From NCBI GenBank assembly GCA_045532575.1, contig JAZSGE010000077.1:1-61906 (forward strand): a stretch of DNA of 61,906 nt, read 5' to 3'. The notes under the pieces are model-generated. The model did no database searches. It worked only from the letters and a program-made list of their open reading frames with translations, and had not been told where the DNA came from. Of this stretch, positions 25,551 to 34,846 are shown one piece after another; within the stretch, counting starts at the first letter, position 1; each line of letters starts with the position of its first letter. Source of the DNA: Eubacteriales bacterium (GTDB lineage: Bacteria > Bacillota > Clostridia > Oscillospirales > CAG-272). A program made the position numbers and the translations under genes.

Positions 25551-27560
25551 TTTTGCTATCGGCTCGAAGGTGACCTTCCCCACCGCAACGTCGGCCTCGC
25601 GCACGCGGATCGTGGCGGCGTCGCCGATGGCGATCACAGTGTCGCCGCGGCTGAGGGTACGGCGGCGCTCGTCGTAGCGGTAGTCGCCGTCAAGCAGCGA
25701 GAGAGGGACAAGCCCCTCGCAGGTGTTGTCAAGCTCGACATAATAGCCGTGGGGGGTGACCGAGGTGACGGTCCCCTCGAAGGTCTCGCCGATGTGCTTC
25801 TTCATATAGACCGTCTTAAAGAGCGCCTCGATCCTGCGCTCGGCTGTCACGGCGCGCAGCTCGCCCTCGGTGGCGGCCTCGGCCCCACGGCGCGCCGAGG
25901 CGCGGTACTTCGTGATAGGGGCACCGGCAAGGAGAACGGCCGAGAGGATGCGATGCGTAACGAGGTCGGAAAGGCGGCGGATGGGCGAAGTGAAGTGGCA
26001 ATAGAGCGGAAGCGCAAGACCGAAGTGCGGGCTGGGTGCCGCCGCGTAGCGCGCCTTGGAGAGCGAACGCAGGACCGTCATCGACACGGGGGCGGCAAGG
26101 CCGCGTGCGGCCGCCTCCGCGAGGAGACGGGAGAGCGCGGCGGAGGAGGGCTCCTCATCACGCCGCCACGGCAGGGGGAGCGAGAGCGAGGTCAGATAGT
26201 CGCAAAGCTCGCGGTACTTCTCGGGCGGAGGCGGCTCATGGATGCGGTAAACGCAGGGGATGCCACGCTCATTTAGGAGGGTGGCGACCGCACGGTTGGC
26301 GGTCAGCATAAAGGCCTCGATCAAGCGCTCGGCCTCGCCGCGCTCGGCCTTGACGATCTCGGTGGGCTCGCCCGCCTCATCCAGGAGAATGACGGGCTCG
26401 GAGGTCTCAAGCTCAAGGATCCCGCGGCGGCGGTCGCGCTCGCGGAGGATCGCGTAGAGCTCGCGCATCTTGGAAAGGGTGGCGTACACCTCGCGGTACT
26501 TCGGATAGAAGGCCGAGGCCTCCCCCTTGGCGAAGAGGTCGTTAACCTCGGAATAGACACCGCGCACGCGGCTTTTGATGATGGATTTGTAAAGTTTTGT
26601 TTTCCTAATCTCGCCGTGCGCATCCAGCGTTATCTCGGCGGTCACGGCGTACTTCGCTTCCCCTGCGTTCAGCGAGCAGGCACCGTTCGAGAGTGCCTCG
26701 GGCAGCATCGGCACCACGCGGTCGGCAAAGTAAACGCTGCTGCCGCGCTCATGCGCCGTAGCATCGAGGGCACTCCCCGGGGTGACGTAATGCGAGACAT
26801 CGGCAATATGGACACCGAGGATAAAGCCGTCGCCGTGACGGCGCACCGAGATCGCATCGTCAAGGTCCTTGGCGCCGGCCCCGTCAATCGTCAGGATGAC
26901 GTCGCGCGGGCGGAGGCGGCCCTCCTCGCCGAGAGGGCGTGAGGCGGCGGCGGTAGCCTCCTCCAGGGCCTCGGGTGAGAACTCGGTCGGGACGGCGCAC
27001 TCGGCGAGGATCGCCGCGTAATTGGCATAGCGCGAGGTAGCCCGGCCGAAGGAGCGCACAAGGACCGCCTCCCCGTACGACACGGGGCGCGCCTCGATCT
27101 TATCGCCCGGCCGCGCACGGTTACCGAGGAGGCGGTGGGGCGGCAGGTGCGGATGGTCGGGGAGGAGCCAGAGCTCGCCGTGCGGACGGAGGTCAAGCTC
27201 GGTGTCGCGCACCACGGTGCCGAAGAGGGTGGGGTGGGCCAGCGTGATGACCTCGAGGATCTCGCCCTCGGGGCGTTCCCCCTCGCGGAGGATCGCCACG
27301 CGCACGGTATCGCCGTCCAGGGCGCCCGCACAGCGGTGGCCCGGCACAAAGACATCGGGGGCATCCTCGCGCTCGACAAAGCCGAAGCCGCGGCGCGTGC
27401 CCGAGAAGCGGCCGACCGCCTCGGGTGCCTTCAGCCCCTCGGCGTGTACGAGGCGACGGGAGGAGCGTGCCGCGTGCGGCAACGGCCGCCGCTTGCCGGG
27501 ATGTGAGCCCGACGGACGGCGGGTCTTTTTCATAAATTTTTTGAGAGTTTTCTTTTTCAT
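25548..27560 (-). CDS. rnr: ribonuclease R
   Basis: Basic N-terminus, cold-shock-like region GFGFVERED, RNB core, C-terminal S1 domain. Start taken at MKKKTLKKF. Confidence 0.88.
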   Translation of the reverse strand: MKKKTLKKFMKKTRRPSGSHPGKRRPLPHAARSSRRLVHAEGLKAPEAVGRFSGTRRGFGFVEREDAPDVFVPGHRCAGALDGDTVRVAILREGERPEGEILEVITLAHPTLFGTVVRDTELDLRPHGELWLLPDHPHLPPHRLLGNRARPGDKIEARPVSYGEAVLVRSFGRATSRYANYAAILAECAVPTEFSPEALEEATAAASRPLGEEGRLRPRDVILTIDGAGAKDLDDAISVRRHGDGFILGVHIADVSHYVTPGSALDATAHERGSSVYFADRVVPMLPEALSNGACSLNAGEAKYAVTAEITLDAHGEIRKTKLYKSIIKSRVRGVYSEVNDLFAKGEASAFYPKYREVYATLSKMRELYAILRERDRRRGILELETSEPVILLDEAGEPTEIVKAERGEAERLIEAFMLTANRAVATLLNERGIPCVYRIHEPPPPEKYRELCDYLTSLSLPLPWRRDEEPSSAALSRLLAEAAARGLAAPVSMTVLRSLSKARYAAAPSPHFGLALPLYCHFTSPIRRLSDLVTHRILSAVLLAGAPITKYRASARRGAEAATEGELRAVTAERRIEALFKTVYMKKHIGETFEGTVTSVTPHGYYVELDNTCEGLVPLSLLDGDYRYDERRRTLSRGDTVIAIGDAATIRVREADVAVGKVTFEPIAK

Positions 27561-27623
27561 TTTACCTTTAGTGTTTCCCGGGGAAGGAAGAGTATGTACG
27601 GGGGGTAGACCGCTCGGCGCGGC

Positions 27624-27902
27624 TTTTACGGAGAGAAAATTGATGCTATTTCGCAGAGACGGCGGACCGCCGGGGACGTCGCTCCCTACGGGATGGTGCT
27701 TCGGTCCGGCGTATGGCGGGGGACGGCTGCGGCAAGGGCACAGTCCCTCCACCGCTAACGCGGTCCCCCTCCCCTTACACAGGGGAGGCTTGCTTGGGCG
27801 GAGGGAGGAGACGTGGCATCTTCGTAAGGGAAGCTACCGAGGGCTCCTTCCACCGCTAATGCGGTCCCCCTCCCTCTCAGAGAGAGGCAAGCAGAGCGCA
27901 AT
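27624..27902. repeat. long variant of the AAAATTGATGC...AGAGCGCAAT repeat unit
   Basis: Same 5' end (TTTTACGGAGAGAAAATTGATGCTATTT) and 3' end as the short units. Contains two TCCACCGCTAAYGCGGTCCCCCTCCC modules (27748-27774, 27849-27874), each with a hairpin. Confidence 0.6.
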
Positions 27903-27919
27903 CCGTGCCAAAGAGAAGG

Positions 27920-28032
27920 TTTCACGGAGATACAATTGATGCTATTTGTCGTCGAGGGGGGGCGGGAAGCCGTACAAAGCGTACGGCGACCGTGGTTGCC
28001 CTCATCGGCGGCGAAGAGCGCAATTTTAGCCC
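27920..28032. repeat. 113-nt repeat unit, tandem copy 1
   Basis: Almost identical to 28042-28154. Hairpin GCCGTAC-AAAGC-GTACGGC. Confidence 0.85.
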
Positions 28033-28041
28033 GAGCGCGAC

Positions 28042-28154
28042 TTTCACGGAGATAAAATTGATGCTATTTGTCGTCGAGGGGGGCCGGGAAGCCGTACAAA
28101 GCGTACGGCGACCGTGGTTGCCCTCATCGGCGGCGAAGAGCGCAATTTTAGCCC
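28042..28154. repeat. 113-nt repeat unit, tandem copy 2
   Basis: Period 122 nt relative to copy 1. Confidence 0.85.
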
Positions 28155-28190
28155 GTGAAAGAAAGAAGGGAGTGCAGCATACGCACTCCC
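28155..28190 (-). terminator. probable secG terminator
   Basis: Minus strand: GGGAGTGC-GTATGCT-GCACTCCC followed by TTCTTTCTTTC. Confidence 0.55.
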
Positions 28191-28197
28191 CTTTTCC

Positions 28198-28506
28198 TTA
28201 CAGGTTGATGTTCGACATCAGCATCGCGACCGGCGACTGGTTGCCGGGGTCACGGACGAAGTCGGGCTGGATGATGTAGACAACAAGGACGATGACCACG
28301 AAGATGATCGCGGCGATGGTCGTCAGACGGGAAAGGAATCTGTCGCGCTGGACGCCGTGCTCCTTGCCGTAAAAGGTCTCGGTGCCGCCGACGATGGTGC
28401 CGGAGAGGCCGCCCTTGGTCTTGCCCTGCTGGAGGAGGACCGCCACAATGAGGAAGAGGCCCGAGGCGATCAGGAGGCCGATAAGGATGTAGGTAAGGAT
28501 CTGCAT
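28198..28506 (-). CDS. secG: preprotein translocase subunit SecG
   Basis: Two TM helices flanking a Gly-rich loop (QQGKTKGGLSGTIVGG). Start taken at MQILTYI. Confidence 0.85.
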   Translation of the reverse strand: MQILTYILIGLLIASGLFLIVAVLLQQGKTKGGLSGTIVGGTETFYGKEHGVQRDRFLSRLTTIAAIIFVVIVLVVYIIQPDFVRDPGNQSPVAMLMSNINL

Positions 28507-28620
28507 GAATTGGTTTCCTTTCTTATACGTATCACGGAATTTTCCGCCAATATAGCGATAATTGCATTTTAGTATATCACATCCGCGCACAAAATGCAAG
28601 GGCTTTTTTAATTTTTTATT

Positions 28621-30099
28621 CTACACATTCAAAAAGATCGAGGAAAGTGCCGAGCTGGCCACGGCATCGACGACACGGAGCGAGTAATTCCGCGCCACCG
28701 CGAGGCGCCGCCCGATCGAGAGGATAAGCGCATATTCGGGGAGCGGAAGGGCGGCCAGCGCACCGGCATTGACGTGGGCGAGCGCCCCCGTCAGCGCGCA
28801 GTAGCGCTCGTAATACTGCGAGGAGAGGACGGCGGCAAGCCCCGAGGCGAAATCGGCCTCCATCTCCCCCTCGACCGCCTTGATGACATTCAGCTTATTG
28901 TCGGTCGAGATCATGGCATCGTGCGGCAGCTGCCCCGAGAAGTAGACACCGGCCACAAGGTGGCGGCCATCCTTCTTTGACGGGACGCGCTTGACAAGGA
29001 CCATCGTGTGGTTGGGCGCGGCCAGCGACGGGATCCTCGGGATGAGATAGCCGCGCTCGCGCCCCTTGACGGGAAAGTGCATCTGCCCGTCGAAGAGCCC
29101 CGCAGGATGCAGAAGCGGAATGGCCCCCTCCTCCCGCGTTTTGCGCAGGCAGTCACGGTAGCGTGCCTCGATCGTCAGCCCGGTTTTGACCACAAGACCA
29201 AAATCGGAAAGGCGGCAGGGGAAGGAGTTCATGGCGCGCACCATCGCGATATCGCTTCGGCTTTTTGCCAACAAAACTTTATATTCTGACGAAAATACAG
29301 CCACAGGATAGGGGATCGGCGGCAATTCGTCCACCCCATCCGCCTTGGCGACACGGACGGTGACGGCGGGGGGCTCCTCCCCGTAGCGGAGGATGGCCAG
29401 CATGGTCTTATCGGCGCGATCGCCGCGCTTACCGAAGTCGAGAGAAAGCGCATACAGAGGGGCACGGGCAAAGAGGCGCTCGCGGAGGGGGGCGGCCTCA
29501 GCGCTGTCGGCAAACGAGACGGGAAGGACCGCGGCCATGACCCCGTCCTCCTCAAGACGGGCGGCGGTCGCCTCGGCAAAGAGGAAGGCAAGATCGGTAT
29601 CACGGGAAAGCACGCGGCGGCTGTACGCCTCGGCCGCGCTCCCGGGGGTGGGGACGCCGACCGGCGGATGGGTCAGGGCGATATCGTAGCGCCCTTCACC
29701 GGGGGCGGGCTCGGCAAGGCCGCGGGCCTCCTCAAAGAAATCCGCCTCAAGGATGCGGACACGGAGGCGCACATCGTAGTCGTGCTTGGCACGGCGGCGG
29801 ACGCGCTCAAGGATGTCGGCAAGAGTGGGAAGGAGGCGCGGATCGTTCTCATAGGCATCGAGGTGGATGCGGCGCACGTGACCCGCGCGACAGAGCGCCT
29901 CGATGGCGGCCACAGCGAGGATGCCGGTGCCGGCGCCGGCATCGAGAAGGCGCACCTCCTCGCGCTCGGGCAGGGGGAGGACAGCGGCCAGCTCACGGGC
30001 CACGGGCGACGGCGTAAAGAAGCGGCCGAGGCGGATCCCCTCGGCGGCGACCGTGTGGCGGATCAGCTTATTGGTATGGCGGATCGCAAGGGCAAGCAT
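28621..30099 (-). CDS. Eco57I/TaqI-like class I SAM-dependent (N6-adenine DNA) methyltransferase homologue with non-canonical motif IV
   Basis: RFFTPSPVA, motif I LLDAGAGTG, HPPV at the motif IV position, TaqI_C-like C-terminal half (VLSSQYYERY ... ALPLP). AAAGGAG RBS favours the start at 30099. Confidence 0.7.
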   Translation of the reverse strand: MLALAIRHTNKLIRHTVAAEGIRLGRFFTPSPVARELAAVLPLPEREEVRLLDAGAGTGILAVAAIEALCRAGHVRRIHLDAYENDPRLLPTLADILERVRRRAKHDYDVRLRVRILEADFFEEARGLAEPAPGEGRYDIALTHPPVGVPTPGSAAEAYSRRVLSRDTDLAFLFAEATAARLEEDGVMAAVLPVSFADSAEAAPLRERLFARAPLYALSLDFGKRGDRADKTMLAILRYGEEPPAVTVRVAKADGVDELPPIPYPVAVFSSEYKVLLAKSRSDIAMVRAMNSFPCRLSDFGLVVKTGLTIEARYRDCLRKTREEGAIPLLHPAGLFDGQMHFPVKGRERGYLIPRIPSLAAPNHTMVLVKRVPSKKDGRHLVAGVYFSGQLPHDAMISTDNKLNVIKAVEGEMEADFASGLAAVLSSQYYERYCALTGALAHVNAGALAALPLPEYALILSIGRRLAVARNYSLRVVDAVASSALSSIFLNV

Positions 30100-30186
30100 A
30101 GCACCGTCTCCTTTCGTTTTCTCCATTGTACCACAGATGGGGGAAACAAATCAAGACGAAAGCGATCTCTTTTTTTCGGTCGGGTG

Positions 30187-30215
30187 TTGCACGGCGGCGC
30201 GTTTTGTGTTACAAT
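30187..30215 (+). promoter_or_regulatory. sigma-A promoter
   Basis: TTGCAC at 30187-30192, 17-nt spacer, TGT-TACAAT at 30207-30215. Confidence 0.5.
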
Positions 30216-30245
30216 AGGGATATCAAACGAAAAAGGAGAACGCCT

Positions 30246-31382
30246 ATGAAGCAGCATCTGCGCATCGTGCACGCGGGGAGCATTATGCTCGGGAACCCGT
30301 ATATCGGTCTGCCGCTTGAAAAATGCAAGGAGCGCTACCGCCACTTCACCGACGTCCTCGATTCCTTCTTCGCCTATCTCCGCGATGAGGCGATCGATCT
30401 TGTCCTCTTTTCGGGCAACCTGTGCGGTCGGTATCTGACGAGTGACGATGCCAAGCACCTGATCACGCGGCTTTCGGAGTTCCCCGAGTGCGCCTTTGTG
30501 GTCTCGCCCGGTGACCAGGACCCCTTTGATTCGGATTCGCTTTACGCCTCGGGGCGCCTGCCGAAGAACGTCTGCATTTTTGAAAACGAGGTCCTCGACC
30601 ACTTTGATTTCCCGTCGCTCGGTGCGCGTGTGTACGGCTGGGCCATCCACGGCCAGCGCTCGACCTTTGCCCCCCTTGCCGGGGTGGTGCTCGGCGACCG
30701 CTCGACGGTCAATCTGATCTCGGGCTGCTGTGCCATCACGCATCGCAACTTCTTTGCCCACGTATCCCCCGAGGATATCGCCGGGAGCCTTGCCGATTAC
30801 GCCGGCTTCTCCCACGGGCCGGCGACCCCCGTCAGCCGCGTGGGGCGGACGCTTTACTGTCACGCCGGGTTCCTCGAGGGGCGCAGCTTTGAGGAGTCGG
30901 GCGAGGGAGGCATCGTCCGCGTGGACGTCTACCGTGATGCCGAGGGCGAGCCTCCCCGCACCGAGGCGCGCTTCGTCCCCCTTTATCACCATCGCTATAA
31001 GACGATGACCCTGGATGTGACGGGTGCCGCCGACATGAGTGCGGTGCTCCTTGCGGTGCGCGGCCTTGTCGAGGCGAACGGCCTCGGCGCCGAGACCTCG
31101 CTCCGTGTCATCCTCGAGGGACAGCTGAGCCCGACGGTCATGCTCCGCCACACGACCGACGAGGCACGCGACCTCTCGCTCTATTCGCTCGAGCTGATCG
31201 ACCACACCCTCCCGCTCTTAGATGCCGAGTATCTTGATAAGGATATGACGGTGCGCGGTGAGCTCTACCGCACACTCAAGAAGCGGATCGCCTCGCAAAA
31301 TCCCCAAGAGAGCTTTGCCGTTTCCCAGGCCTTCCGCGCCGGGCTTGCCGCTCTCGAATCGCGTGATATTACCGGAATTTAA
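30246..31382 (+). CDS. SbcD/YhaO-like metallophosphoesterase paralogue with degenerate active-site motifs
   Basis: Collinear with the 20434-21501 product, including the C-terminal domain. The metal-binding motifs are replaced: VHAGSIMLG, SGNLCG, PGDQD. Confidence 0.7.
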   Translation: MKQHLRIVHAGSIMLGNPYIGLPLEKCKERYRHFTDVLDSFFAYLRDEAIDLVLFSGNLCGRYLTSDDAKHLITRLSEFPECAFVVSPGDQDPFDSDSLYASGRLPKNVCIFENEVLDHFDFPSLGARVYGWAIHGQRSTFAPLAGVVLGDRSTVNLISGCCAITHRNFFAHVSPEDIAGSLADYAGFSHGPATPVSRVGRTLYCHAGFLEGRSFEESGEGGIVRVDVYRDAEGEPPRTEARFVPLYHHRYKTMTLDVTGAADMSAVLLAVRGLVEANGLGAETSLRVILEGQLSPTVMLRHTTDEARDLSLYSLELIDHTLPLLDAEYLDKDMTVRGELYRTLKKRIASQNPQESFAVSQAFRAGLAALESRDITGI

Positions 31383-31397
31383 GCCACAGTCCGACAG

Positions 31398-31428
31398 AAA
31401 AAAAGGAACGCCACAGCGTTCCTTTTTT
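31398..31428 (+). terminator. intrinsic terminator
   Basis: GGAACGC-CACA-GCGTTCC followed by TTTTTT. Confidence 0.7.
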
Positions 31429-31470
31429 GCTTATGCCCGTGAAAAGTATGTTGAAAATTGCGATTGGCAC

Positions 31471-31499
31471 TTGTTTTTTCTCGGCGTCTCTGCTATACT
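31471..31499 (+). promoter_or_regulatory. candidate sigma-A promoter
   Basis: TTGTTT at 31471-31476, 17-nt spacer, TGC-TATACT at 31491-31499. Confidence 0.45.
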
Positions 31500-31556
31500 T
31501 GTATTTGTTATTATTATTCTAAAATCGCGCCGCGCGCGACCGAAAGGGGTGTCACT

Positions 31557-33044
31557 ATGAGGAAGATCGGCTTTGATAACGACCTGTATCTCAAGATGCA
31601 ATCCGAGCACATCCGGAAGCGAATCGAAAAGTTCGGTGGGAAGCTGTACCTCGAATTCGGAGGCAAGCTCTTTGACGACTATCATGCAGCTCGCGTTCTG
31701 CCCGGCTTCAAGCCCGACAGTAAGCTGCAGATGCTCCTTCAGCTCAAGAAGGAGGCAGAGATCGTCATTGTCATCAACAGCGGTGACATTGAAAAGAACA
31801 AGATGCGCGGCGACCTCGGCATCACCTACGATCTTGACGTCCTCCGCCTCATTGACCTCTTCCGCGGGGTGGGGCTCTACGTCGGGAGCGTGGTGCTGAC
31901 GCGCTATACGGGGCAGGCATCGGCGGTGGCCTTTGAGAAGAAGCTCGAGGGGCTCGGCCTGCGTGTCTACCGTCACTATCCCATCGAGGGCTATCCCTCG
32001 AACGTTGAAAAGATCGTCAGCGACGAGGGCTACGGCAAAAACGACTACATCGAGACCTCGCGCCGCCTTGTGGTGGACACCGCCCCCGGCCCCGGCAGTG
32101 GGAAGATGGCGACCTGCCTCTCCCAGCTCTATCACGAGAACAAGCGCGGTGTCAAGGCGGGCTATGCGAAGTTTGAGACCTTCCCGATCTGGAACCTCCC
32201 CCTGCGCCACGCCGTGAACGTGGCCTACGAGGCGGCGACCGCCGACCTCAACGATGTCAATATGATCGACCCCTTCCATCTCGAGGCGTACGGCACAACG
32301 ACGGTCAACTACAACCGTGACGTTGAGATCTTCCCCGTCCTCCAGGCGACCTTCCACAAGATCTACGGCTCCTCCCCCTACAAGTCCCCGACCGACATGG
32401 GCGTCAACATGGTCGGTAGTTGCATCGTGGACGATGCCCTTGTCACCGCGGCCGCGCGCCAGGAGGTCATCCGCCGCTACTACGCCGCCCTGTGCGGTCA
32501 GCGCGAGGGCACGGTCGAGGATTCGACCGTCTTGAAGCTCGAGCTCCTCATGAACCAGGCCGGCATCACGAAGGACGAGCGCCCTGTGATCGCGGCGGCG
32601 CTGGCCCGTGCCGAGGAGACCGAGGCCCCTGCCGCGGCGATGGAGCTGCCCGACGGGCGCATCATCACCGGCAAAACGACCCCCCTGCTCGGTGCCTCGG
32701 CAGCCCTGCTCCTCAACGCCCTCAAGGCGCTCGGGCGCATTGCGGACAAGACTCTCCTGATCCCGCCCGAGATCATCGAGCCGCTCCAGGATCTGAAGGT
32801 CAACCATCTTGGCAACCATAACCCCCGGCTTCATACCGACGAGGTGCTGGTGGCGCTCTCGATCTGCGCCTTCTCGTCTCCGACTGCCGAGCGCGCCATG
32901 CGCCAGCTGTCCAAGCTCCGCGGCTGCGAGCTCCACTCCACCGTGATGCTTGCGCAGATTGATAACAAGACTTTACATAAGCTCGGTTTGAACGTGACCT
33001 GTGAGCCGCGTTATCAGACCAAGAAGCTCTTCCACCCGAAATAA
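31557..33044 (+). CDS. DUF1846 (UPF0371) family protein
   Basis: N-terminus MRKIGFDNDLYLKMQSEHIRKRI...YHAARVLPGF is typical of UPF0371. Confidence 0.8.
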   Translation: MRKIGFDNDLYLKMQSEHIRKRIEKFGGKLYLEFGGKLFDDYHAARVLPGFKPDSKLQMLLQLKKEAEIVIVINSGDIEKNKMRGDLGITYDLDVLRLIDLFRGVGLYVGSVVLTRYTGQASAVAFEKKLEGLGLRVYRHYPIEGYPSNVEKIVSDEGYGKNDYIETSRRLVVDTAPGPGSGKMATCLSQLYHENKRGVKAGYAKFETFPIWNLPLRHAVNVAYEAATADLNDVNMIDPFHLEAYGTTTVNYNRDVEIFPVLQATFHKIYGSSPYKSPTDMGVNMVGSCIVDDALVTAAARQEVIRRYYAALCGQREGTVEDSTVLKLELLMNQAGITKDERPVIAAALARAEETEAPAAAMELPDGRIITGKTTPLLGASAALLLNALKALGRIADKTLLIPPEIIEPLQDLKVNHLGNHNPRLHTDEVLVALSICAFSSPTAERAMRQLSKLRGCELHSTVMLAQIDNKTLHKLGLNVTCEPRYQTKKLFHPK

Positions 33045-33063
33045 AGGACCGAAGGAGACACGT

Positions 33064-33369
33064 ATGGTTCGTCACGTTGTGATGTTTAAATTCCTCCCCG
33101 AGGCCGATGGGAGAAGCAAGGCCGAGAACGTCAGGATGACGGCCGAGCGCCTCTCTGCCCTGCCCGCGCTCATCCCCGAGATCCTGCATTCCGAGGTGCA
33201 CATCGGTGCCGCGGCGCAGGCCGATGCCAACTGCGACCTTCTGCTCATTTCGGATTTCGATAGCTTTGAGACTCTCGGTGCCTATCTTGTCCATCCCGAT
33301 CACAAGGCAATCGGGGCCTTCATGCGTCCTCTGCGCGAGAGCCGCGCGGCGGTCGATTTCCTGCTATAA
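33064..33369 (+). CDS. Dabb (stress-responsive A/B barrel) family protein
   Basis: About 100 aa. Has HVVMFKF and the HP-H pattern. Confidence 0.75.
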   Translation: MVRHVVMFKFLPEADGRSKAENVRMTAERLSALPALIPEILHSEVHIGAAAQADANCDLLLISDFDSFETLGAYLVHPDHKAIGAFMRPLRESRAAVDFLL

Positions 33370-33423
33370 GTTTTTAGAGGAGGAGCCGCGCGCTGCTTCT
33401 CCCTGCGCTTTAAAGAGGTTCCT

Positions 33424-34785
33424 ATGCCCGAAAAAAATTCTGTGATCGAGCTCGAGGTCACCGACATCAACAACCTCGGCTACGGGGTGGGCCGCGACGG
33501 AGACGGCAAGGTCGTTTTCGTTGGCGGCGCGGCGGACGGTGACGTGTGCCGTGTCAAGATCATCAAATCGGCGCGCGACTATTCGGTCGGGCGCCTTCTT
33601 GAGCTTCTCACCCCTTCGCCCCACCGTGCTGAGCCGCATTGCACGGCGGTCGGATGTGGGGGATGCACCTACGGGGCGATCACCTATGAGCATGAGCTTG
33701 ACCTAAAGCGCCGGACGGTGGTTGCGGCCTTCCGCAAGGCGGGGGTCGAGGTGACGGTCGGCGAGGTGAAAACGGCGGGGCGCGTGCTCGGCTACCGCAA
33801 CAAGGCACAGTATCCCGTCAGGCGCGGCAAGGACGGGCGCCCCGTGATCGGCTTCTATGCGCCGAAGAGCCACCGCGTGGTCGAGGCGGCGCATTGCCCC
33901 CTGACGCCCCCCCTCTTTGGCGAGATCGTCGAGGAGGTGCGCGCGCATGCGATCGCTTCGGGCGTTCTTCCCTACTGCGAGGAGGACGGGTCGGGGCTCC
34001 TCCGTCACATCTATCTCCGCGCGGCCAAGGACTGCGGCGAGGTCCTGCTCACACTTGTTGTGACGAAGGACGGCTATCCCGATGCCGAGGGGCTCTGCCG
34101 GCGGCTTGCCGCGCGCTTCCCCATGATCGTCGGCATTCTCCTGAACATCAACGCGAAGGATACGAATGTGATCCTCGGCAAGGACTATCGCACCCTCTTC
34201 GGGCGTGACCATCTTTTTGATACGCTGGCGGGCGTGCGGCTTGAGCTGGCGCCGGCGGCCTTCTACCAGGTGAACCGCGAGGCGGCCGAGCTCCTGTACC
34301 GTCTCGCGGCCGAGCACGCCGCCCTCCGCGGCGACGAGGTCCTGCTCGATCTCTACTGCGGCGCCGGGAGCATCGGGCTTTCGATGGCGGACCGGGTCTT
34401 GCGGCTTTTCGGCATTGAGATCGTGCCCGAGGCGGTCGCGTGTGCCGAGCGGAACGCGGCGGCGGCCGGGGTCACGAATGCGACCTTCGCCGTCGGCGAT
34501 GCCGCGGCCACGGGGCGCATCCTCCGGGAGCATGGGGTCGGACGTCCCGACGTCATTGTGCTGGACCCGCCGCGCGCCGGTGCCAACACGGCCCTGCTTG
34601 ACACCATCGATGCCCTCTCGCCCTCGCGGCTCGTCTATATTTCCTGCAATCCCGCGACCCTCGCGCGCGACGTTGCCTACCTTATGACAAAGGGCTTTGT
34701 TCCCGGCGAGGTCACGCCGGTCGATCTCTTCCCTCGGACGGGGCACGTCGAGTCGGTCGTGTGTCTCAAACGGCAGACAAATTAA
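33424..34785 (+). CDS. rlmD: 23S rRNA (uracil-C5)-methyltransferase, RumA/RlmD family
   Basis: N-terminal TRAM domain, Cys cluster CGGCTY, SAM motif LDLYCGAGSIG, DPPRAG. Confidence 0.85.
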   Translation: MPEKNSVIELEVTDINNLGYGVGRDGDGKVVFVGGAADGDVCRVKIIKSARDYSVGRLLELLTPSPHRAEPHCTAVGCGGCTYGAITYEHELDLKRRTVVAAFRKAGVEVTVGEVKTAGRVLGYRNKAQYPVRRGKDGRPVIGFYAPKSHRVVEAAHCPLTPPLFGEIVEEVRAHAIASGVLPYCEEDGSGLLRHIYLRAAKDCGEVLLTLVVTKDGYPDAEGLCRRLAARFPMIVGILLNINAKDTNVILGKDYRTLFGRDHLFDTLAGVRLELAPAAFYQVNREAAELLYRLAAEHAALRGDEVLLDLYCGAGSIGLSMADRVLRLFGIEIVPEAVACAERNAAAAGVTNATFAVGDAAATGRILREHGVGRPDVIVLDPPRAGANTALLDTIDALSPSRLVYISCNPATLARDVAYLMTKGFVPGEVTPVDLFPRTGHVESVVCLKRQTN

Positions 34786-34846
34786 AGCGATACCCGCTTC
34801 CTCAAAGATGTAATTTTAAAAATCACTATACTAAGGAGAGCACACC

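Noticed and set aside
27920-28154. Possible CRISPR array
   Set aside because: There are only two full copies of a 113-nt unit, separated by 9 nt. The repeat is far too long and the spacer far too short, and no cas genes are present.
27202-28279. ORFs 27202-27939 and 27905-28279 across the repeat array
   Set aside because: The first is antisense to rnr and then reads into repeats. The second is simply the translated tandem repeat. Neither has an RBS, and their sequence is duplicated at the nucleotide level, not the protein level.
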